Origin: Octopus sinensis
Taxonomy: Eukaryota
Assembly: GCF_006345805.1 (NCBI RefSeq)
Contig: NW_021830090.1
Location: 1-5,329 of the forward strand
Length of the DNA stretch: 5,329 nucleotides
Direction of reading: 5' to 3'
The position numbers and the translations under genes are program-made. Every line of letters starts with the position of its first letter. The first letter of the stretch is position 1. The notes beneath the pieces were generated by a model. It was given only the letters and a program-made list of their open reading frames with translations, was not told the DNA's origin and made no database searches. This document shows, piece by piece, positions 1 to 5,329 of this stretch.

Positions 1-2
1 TC

Positions 3-995
3 CTATTTATCATAGTCCTCCAGGCAATAATGGAGGAATTCAAGGATGCCCCTGGGAGCTCCTCTATGCTGATGACCTTGCTCTAATTGCTGAGTCACTA
101 TCAGAACTGGAGAAGTTTCAGGTGTGGAAGCAAGGTTTAGAATCGAAGGGCCTTGGAGTCAATAAGTAGGAAGGTAGACAAATCACAAACGCCTTCAGGT
201 AGATGGCCCTGCTCGATCTGTAGAAAAGGTGTAGGTAGAAACTCTATAAGATGCACCAAGTGTAAGCTATGGACACATAAGAGGTGCAGCAATGTCATAA
301 GAAGACTAACTGGGAAGATGGTTTTTGTATGTGGCAGATGCTCGGGAGCATTAACCTCTGAAAATCAGCAGAAAACAACTTGCGTCACTTTCCAGGGAGA
401 AAAACTAGAAGTAGTTGATAGCTTCCGTTATCTTGGTGACCAAGTCAGTAGTGGGGGTGGGTGTGCTGAAAGTGTAACGGCTAGAGTAAGAATAGACTGG
501 GCAAAGTTTAGGGAGCTCTTACCACTGCTGGTGACTAAAGGCCTCTCGCTCAGAGTAAAAGGCAGACTGTATGATTCATGTGTACGAACAGCCATGCTAC
601 ATGGCAGTGAAACATGGGCCGTGACTGCTGAGGACATGCGTAAGCTCGCGAGAAATGAAGCCAGTATGCTCCGATGGATGTGTAATGTCAGTGTGAATGC
701 TCGACAGAGTGTTAGTACCCCGAGAGAAATGTTGGACCTAAGGAACATCAGTTGTGGTGTGCAAGAGAGACGATTGCGCTGGTATGGTCATGTGGCGAGA
801 ATGGATGAAGATAGGTGTGTGAAAAAGTGCCAATCCCTAACAGTTGAGGGAACCCGTGGAAGAGGTAGACCCAGGAAAACCTGGGACGAGGTGGTGAAGC
901 ACGACCTTCGAACTTTAGGCCTCACTGAGGAAATGACCAGCGACCGAGACCTTTGGAAATATGCTGTACGTGAGAAGACCAGGCAGGACAAGTGA
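3..995 (+). pseudogene. Frameshifted C-terminal part of the LINE reverse transcriptase ORF (palm, thumb, C-terminal region) with an internal PHD-type finger
   Basis: Frame 3 (3-44) reads LFIIVLQAIMEEFK. Frame 2 (47-160) reads CPWELLYADDLALIAESLSELEKFQVWKQGLESKGLGV, and this frame stops at TAG 167-169. Frame 3 (162-995) is then open to TGA 993-995. The conserved KTK of motif 6 is missing at the second junction. The ORF-track start at 153 (TTG) is an artefact of the frameshift. Confidence 0.9.
210..341 (+). other. PHD-type C4HC3 zinc finger coding segment inside the RT domain
   Basis: CSICRKGVGRNSIRCTKCKLWTHKRCSNVIRRLTGKMVFVCGRC = C-x2-C-x10-C-x2-C-x4-H-x2-C-x14-C-x2-C. It has the PHD hallmarks I-x-C before Cys3, W-x-H-x2-C, and an aromatic residue (F) two positions before the final CxxC. 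Confidence 0.88.
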
Positions 996-1012
996 GCCCA
1001 GCCCACTTATGA

Positions 1013-1149
1013 ATGCCTTTCCTCCCTTGGACACAAAGACCTGTTGAGGCAAGCGAAGTCGATATAGAACCTCATCCGACGACAGGCACCCATGCCAACC
1101 CCCTTTGCTTGCGAAGACATGTTGGGGCAAGCGAAAGCGAGATCGAACT
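1013..1149 (+). repeat. Two-copy diverged direct repeat (period ~78-79 nt) in the 3' UTR
   Basis: 1036-1070 aagacctgttgaggcaagcgaagtcgatatagaac vs 1114-1148 aagacatgttggggcaagcgaaagcgagatcgaac match at 29/35 positions. Both are preceded by atgcc (1013, 1092). Confidence 0.85.
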
Positions 1150-1172
1150 GAACCAGCCAGGATCCCTGGTCT

Positions 1173-1323
1173 GGGGGTACGTAAAAAGCACTATCCGACT
1201 CGTGGCCGATGCCAGCGCCGCCTCGGCTGGCTTCCGTGCCGGTGGCACATAAAATACACCAATCCGACCGTGGCCGTTGCCAGCCTCGCCTGGCACCTGT
1301 GCAGGTGGCACGTAAAAAGCACC
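1173..1323 (+). repeat. ~2.3-copy diverged tandem repeat (period 63-68 nt) in the 3' UTR
   Basis: Units start at 1173 (gggggtacgtaaaaagcact), 1241 (ggtggcacataaaatacacc) and 1304 (ggtggcacgtaaaaagcacc). The first two continue atccgac(t)cgtggccg(a/t)tgccagc...ctggc...gtgc. Confidence 0.88.
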
Positions 1324-1434
1324 CACTACACTCACGGAGTGGTTGGCGTTAGGAAGGGCATCCAGCTGTAGAAACATTGCCAGATAAGACTGGAGCCTGG
1401 TGTAGCCTTCTGACTCCCCAGATCCCGGTCGAAC

Positions 1435-1466
1435 CGTCCAACCCATGCTAGCATGGAGAACGGGCG
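1435..1466 (+). other. 3'-terminal stem-loop of the LINE RNA (candidate RT recognition element)
   Basis: A perfect 14-nt palindrome ccatgctagcatgg (1443-1456) is enclosed by cgtcc 1435-1439 / gggcg 1462-1466 (one G-U pair), 6 nt before the tail. 3'-terminal stem-loops are the known recognition elements of stringent-type LINEs. Function here is inferred. Confidence 0.6.
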
Positions 1467-1472
1467 TTAAAC

Positions 1473-1487
1473 GATGATGATGATGAT
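1473..1487 (+). repeat. (GAT)5 LINE 3' tail
   Basis: gatgatgatgatgat immediately after ...cgttaaac, marking the element's 3' end. Confidence 0.9.
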
Positions 1488-1690
1488 ATATATATATGAT
1501 ATATATATATATTATGTATATATATATATATATATTAATATATATATATATAATGTATATATATATATAATGTATATAATATATATATAATGTATATATA
1601 TATATATATATATATATGATATATATTATATATATATATATATTATATATAATGTATATATAATATATATAATGTATATATATATATATA

Positions 1691-1721
<31 letters not shown>

Positions 1722-1892
1722 ATGTAGATATATATATATAATGTATATATATATAAATTGTAGATATATATATATTAATAACGTAGATATATATATATAT
1801 AACGTAGATATATATATATAACGATATATATATAGATATATATATATAATGTGTATATATTATATATAATGTGTAATATATATATAATGTGT

Positions 1893-1934
<42 letters not shown>

Positions 1935-1946
1935 AATATATATGTA

Positions 1947-1996
<50 letters not shown>
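1486..1996. repeat. Interrupted (AT)n microsatellite with recurring aatgta-type interruptions
   Basis: Almost pure alternating AT, with interruptions at roughly 20-nt spacing in much of the array. Confidence 0.97.

Positions 1997-2030
<34 letters not shown>
1997..2030. repeat. (AG)n microsatellite
   Basis: Perfect (AG)14 at 1997-2024, directly fused to the AT array, then degenerate to ~2030. Confidence 0.97.
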
Positions 2031-2032
<2 letters not shown>

Positions 2033-2172
2033 ATGTACCATGAAAAAACTATATACTCACATATTTGTGTGCGAGAGTGTACAATCGGCAGAAGTTATTA
2101 AAGCAAAGATCGTATATCTATATAAGATCATGTTTTGAGTTCTATTTTCCTGTTTGCATCACCAAACCTAAA

Positions 2173-2290
2173 CGTGTGTGTGTATGCATACATACATATT
2201 TAGACACACATATACGTATATGTAATATGTGTGCATGCGTGATGAGTGTGTGTGCATGCGTGCGAGTATGTGTGTGCGCGCGCGCGAGTG
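2173..2290. repeat. Compound (TG)/(CA)/(TA)/(CG) alternating purine-pyrimidine microsatellite
   Basis: cgtgtgtgtgtatgcatacatac...gacacacatatacg...gtgtgtgcgcgcgcgcg, with (CG)5 at 2277-2286. Confidence 0.85.
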
Positions 2291-2424
2291 ATGAGTTGCC
2301 CAGGGATCCATTTTCTATCCGAAGCACATTCAAAAGTTTGATAAGTGCATGGAACGAAACACTTGGTCCTTCAGTGATTCAGCTAATAAAGTATTCTCTG
2401 TGTGTTTTTTAATATCAGACGCGG

Positions 2425-2722
2425 ACACATACACACATACATAAGCACTTTTCAAACTTGTGTGTGTGTGTGTACATATACATATGTGTATACATGCGTG
2501 TTATATATCTATATTATGCATATATGTGTGCATGTGTCTGAGTGTGCACACACGTTTGCTTATCAATATGCACATATATATGCATGTGTGTATGTATATA
2601 AATGCATATATCTGTGCATATATGTGTATATAGAGAGATAAATAGATATACTTGAGTGCGTATATATGCATATATGCATGATATAGGTATATGCATATTT
2701 GTGTGAATGTATATATATGCAC
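2425..2722. repeat. Degenerate (TA)/(TG)/(CA) low-complexity tract
   Basis: acacatacacacatac, (TG)n near 2459-2472, and repeated atatatgcat/atatgtgt words. Confidence 0.85.
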
Positions 2723-2979
2723 CAATTAGTCTGCCCAGCCTTTAAACACACACTCTATAAATGAATCTGATCATTTCCAGTTAACTTTTCAATGCCCTAA
2801 ATAAGTGAGCATTAACTCAACTATTCTAAGTAAATATGTAAACATTTAACAGTTACATTATAGTTGTGATGTACCATGTTTTTGTCTGCAAAGAATTAAT
2901 TTCAAACTATTGTTTCTTATGGCAAACTGCTCTCCACCATTCGGTTACATAGAAATTCTTGTAGTTACACACACACACG

Positions 2980-3650
2980 TTTCTCTCTTGCTCCACCTCT
3001 CTTATTACCTACTCTTTCTTTGTTTCTGCCTTTCTATCTTCCTGTTTCCTTCTTTCCCTAATCCTTCTCCTCTTAGTCCTACACACACACACACACTCTT
3101 CTTTATCCTCTGGCTTTCCTTCTGTCTACATTTCTCTCATTGTCTGTCTCTCTTCCTTGTTGTCCTTATCTTCATCTCTCTTCTACCCTGTCTTTTTCTC
3201 ACTCTCTCCCTTTCCTCCCACCCTTATTTCTTTACAAATCCCCTTCCCTTTATTATTATATCTCCCTTTCTCTGTTTGCCCCCACCTCATTCTGTTAAAT
3301 TTTTCATTCCTTAGTCTTTCTTTGACTGCCTTCAGTCTCTCTCACTCTCACCTCTTCCATTTCTTACCCCTTATCAGTTTCTTGTCCAGCCCACCTTTTT
3401 TTCTCTCTCAGTCTCTTTTTATGACATAGTATATCCTTCTGTCTGTCAATCCAGTAATCGTTTTTTCTTCGTCTATTTCCTACTTTCTATATCTTCTCTC
3501 TGGCCTATCCGTTACTCTTTCTATTCCATACCTTCCTCTCTATCTTGCTATAAATACTCCCTCACACCGTATTTCTTTACTTGTCTCATTCCTTACATCC
3601 TCACTTATCTATCTATCTACCACAATTACTATCTATTCTTTATTCCCCTT
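2980..3650. repeat. Long CT-rich (polypyrimidine/polypurine) low-complexity tract
   Basis: The + strand is dominated by C and T with few G (ttctct, ctttc, tccct words), with an embedded (AC)n at ~3082-3095. Boundaries are approximate. Confidence 0.85.
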
Positions 3651-3810
3651 CAAAACTGCACACTATTATATCAGTTTCGAATTCCTCTAACCTACAACGC
3701 CCCCATTTTCGAGAGGATATAAGCAAAGTTGGCTTAATCATCAATATCCTCGTATATTACTGGTACTTTTTTCTCGCACATAACACACAACCAATATTTG
3801 CTTCTGATTC

Positions 3811-4141
3811 AGTTTGTTGCTGCTACTGTTGCTATTACTGTAATCCTGCTGTTGTAGTTAGTGCTGCTGTAACCGTGTTTCTGCTGCTGCAGATGGTGTA
3901 GTTGTTACTGCAGCAGTTGCTGTCATCGTGTTGCTACTGCTGCTTAAATTGTTACTGTACTGCTATTGCTGCAGTTGGTGCTGTTCTGTGTTGCTGCTGC
4001 AGCCTCTAGTTTTACTGTGTTCTTGCTTTTGATATCACGGCAGTTGCTGCAGTTTTCTTCTTTTTTACTGCTGCAGTTGGTGCTGTTACCGTGCTACTAC
4101 TATCACTGCTGTAGTTGCTGCTATTGTTGGTACTGCTGCAA
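3811..4141. repeat. Degenerate trinucleotide repeat (CTG/TTG/CTA family)
   Basis: gttgctgctactgttgctattactg...ctgctgcagttggtgctgtt. The word ctgcagttggtgctgtt occurs twice (near 3969 and 4071). Confidence 0.85.
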
Positions 4142-4237
4142 GTGCCTGAGGTGATGCGTTGTTATCTAGGTGAAGACGGAGACGAGAATTGAACGTCGTA
4201 TTTGATTGCAAATATTTTAGATAGAATTAAATAATGT

Positions 4238-4380
4238 TTACACACGTATATACATAACTATTTGCATGAAGGTAGACGTATACAAACATACCAGCTTACA
4301 CTAAGATATGCATACACACACACACAAATACACATACGCACGCTCCCACTCTCTCACACGCACACACTCATGCATACAAA
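4238..4380. repeat. Degenerate (CA)n-rich tract
   Basis: catacacacacacacaaatacacatacgcacgc...cacacgcacacactc. Confidence 0.75.
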
Positions 4381-4389
4381 ACATTCGAG

Positions 4390-4468
4390 GGTATCCATAT
4401 ATTAAAGAATGGATATACGCAGCAGTGTTCCAGCATGGCCGCAGTCAAATGATTGAAACAAAAGAATA
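4390..4468 (+). mobile_element. Short 5'-truncated retroposon (SINE/LINE) 3'-end remnant
   Basis: This is a complex island within CA repeats: acgcagcagtgttccagcatggccgcagtcaaatgattgaaacaaaagaata. It has a terminal hairpin cagtc-aaat-gattg (4442-4455) and an A-rich aaaagaata tail unit. It resembles from memory a common octopus retroposon 3' end (ccagcatggcc.cagtc.aatgactgaaac...aaaagaata), not verified by search. The 5' boundary is uncertain. Confidence 0.6.
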
Positions 4469-4494
4469 CATTCATTGCGAAACCAAACCGAATA

Positions 4495-4680
4495 TATTAT
4501 ATATTATACACGTACGCGTGTTTCTCTCTCCTCTCCCGACAGATAGACACATACATACATGTGTGTGTGTGTATAAATACACACAAACACACACATAAGT
4601 ACATTGAGATTATGAAGAAAACATACAGCAACATACATACATAGAACTACACCACTAAACAGGCACATACACACAGCCAC
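4495..4680. repeat. Mixed (TA)/(CA)/(TG)/(CATA) low-complexity tract
   Basis: acacatacatacatgtgtgtgtgtgt, acacacaaacacacac, acatacatacat. Confidence 0.75.
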
Positions 4681-4769
4681 CAAGAGATAACATATAATTG
4701 CTAAGAGTCACAATCACATACAGAAACGTAATAATGTAGACATACGCACATGTAATTTCTGTGATGAGT

Positions 4770-5329
4770 TCAGCTGCTGCTGCTACCCCAACTGTTACTA
4801 TACCTCCACCTGCTACTACTATAGCTCTTCCCACAAACGTTCTCACCCATATACCACACACCGACGGCTTAGGGGCTATGCTGCTTCCTCGAACCACCAG
4901 ATGTAAGCATATGTATGATTGGTCATTAAATATTCTTCTTCTCTCTCCTCCTTCTCTCTGTTCACATGTTTCCCGTTTGCTGATTGGCTGTTAGTACTGT
5001 TGTTCAGCAATGTTGTTGTCACACTTCACTACTACAACTACTGCTACAACTGGAATAGTACTAGTAGTAGTACGGCTAGCTTTGTATAGTGTGAGTGTGT
5101 GTTACTACTAGAGTAGTAGTAGTTGTCTTCATTCTCATCATCACCATAAACATCATTTTCCAAGACACATTAGCATCACCACCGTGGCCATTACATATGA
5201 CGTCACTCTAGTGGTGGGACAACACCTTCTACTGACACCGAAATATTTCTGTCAACACTAATAACCACTGCTGCTGCTGTTACTCCTACTAGGTTTCTTA
5301 ACACAACTATTATTACTACCACACCCCTA
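4770..5329. repeat. Patchy degenerate trinucleotide repeats (CTG/CTA/TAG/CAT) interspersed with unique sequence
   Basis: gctgctgctgctac (4773-4786), ctgctactactatag, actactacaactactgctacaac, tagtagtagta, catcatcacc, ctgctgctgctgttactcctact. Confidence 0.7.

Larger units (their letters stand above)
996..1472 (+). other. LINE 3' UTR, GC/CpG-rich, internally duplicated, with multiple stem-loops
   Basis: Lies between stop codon 993-995 and the (GAT)5 tail at 1473. Contains direct repeats and several inverted repeats (1104-1135, 1153-1174, 1211-1231, 1278-1295, 1340-1368, 1435-1466). Confidence 0.85.
1..1487 (+). mobile_element. RTE-clade non-LTR retrotransposon (LINE), 3' portion; 5' part lies upstream of the window
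   Basis: RT motifs occur in order: LLFIIVL (end of the QG..LSP.LF motif, 1-20), WELLYADDLALIA (53-91), GL.VN (149-163) and FRYLG (423-437). RTE-type C-terminal motifs follow: KGRLYDSCVRTAMLHGSETW, RRLRWYGHVARM, RGRGRPRKTW, DRDLW. Then come a GC-rich 3' UTR and a short tandem (GAT)n tail rather than poly(A), typical of RTE LINEs. Confidence 0.93.

Noticed and set aside
42-169. Programmed ribosomal frameshifting
   Set aside because: No slippery heptamer is present at either junction, and conserved residues (KTK) are physically missing, which indicates deletion.
153-995. 280-aa ORF as an independent gene (e.g. a host PHD-finger protein)
   Set aside because: The TTG start is incidental. RT homology continues upstream in other frames, so this is the tail of a broken LINE ORF.
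1095-1135. Pseudoknot from ccaac 1095-1099/gttgg 1121-1125 crossing stem 1104-1112/1127-1135
   Set aside because: It would need a 1-nt loop to span a 5-bp stem, and the pairing is not kept in the first repeat copy.
1173-1323. CRISPR-like repeat-spacer array
   Set aside because: The intervening segments are homologous to each other, the repeats are diverged, the context is a eukaryotic LINE UTR, and there are no cas genes.
428-1446. Antisense and 3' UTR ORFs (428-748, 788-1006, 915-1130, 1013-1252, 1072-1446, 1105-1371)
   Set aside because: These are shadow ORFs of the RT frame or of GC-rich repeated UTR sequence, with no recognisable protein motifs.
996-1472. Known self-cleaving ribozyme (HDV-like, hammerhead, twister) or tRNA-derived SINE head
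   Set aside because: I could not find the catalytic core consensus or pol III A/B boxes by eye, and retrotransposon ribozymes are usually at the 5' end. An Infernal/Rfam search would be decisive.
1775-4644. ORFs rich in YI, CV, HT, LSF or CCY
   Set aside because: They are translations of dinucleotide, CT-rich and trinucleotide repeats, with no coding evidence.
4761-4908. Possible Thr/Pro/Ala-rich exon ending at a gtaagc donor (4903-4908)
   Set aside because: The composition is explained by degenerate CTN repeats, the donor context is weak, and there is no convincing acceptor or homology. RNA-seq would be needed.
5028-5125. Inverted (CTA)n/(TAG)n segments as transposon terminal inverted repeats
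   Set aside because: These are short complementary microsatellite patches with no target-site duplication or defined termini.

Overview
This is eukaryotic, microsatellite-dense genomic DNA. The repeat style resembles a cephalopod/octopus genome (inference from recall, not a search). Bases 1-1487 are the 3' part of an RTE-clade non-LTR retrotransposon (LINE) on the + strand. It has the end of the reverse transcriptase ORF (YADD at 65-76, YLG at 429-437, RTE-type C-terminus, stop at 993-995), broken by two frameshifts (~45 and ~161). A ~477-nt internally duplicated and highly structured 3' UTR follows, then a (GAT)5 tail running into a ~510-nt (AT)n array. The most unusual signal is a complete C4HC3 PHD-type zinc finger (210-341; 12 K/R, no D/E) sitting inside the RT domain between motifs 6 and 7. 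The second is a tandem series of hairpin plus H-type-pseudoknot modules in the 3' UTR. The rest (2030-5329) is low-complexity intronic/intergenic sequence with a short retroposon 3'-end remnant near 4390-4468. No host gene is supported.
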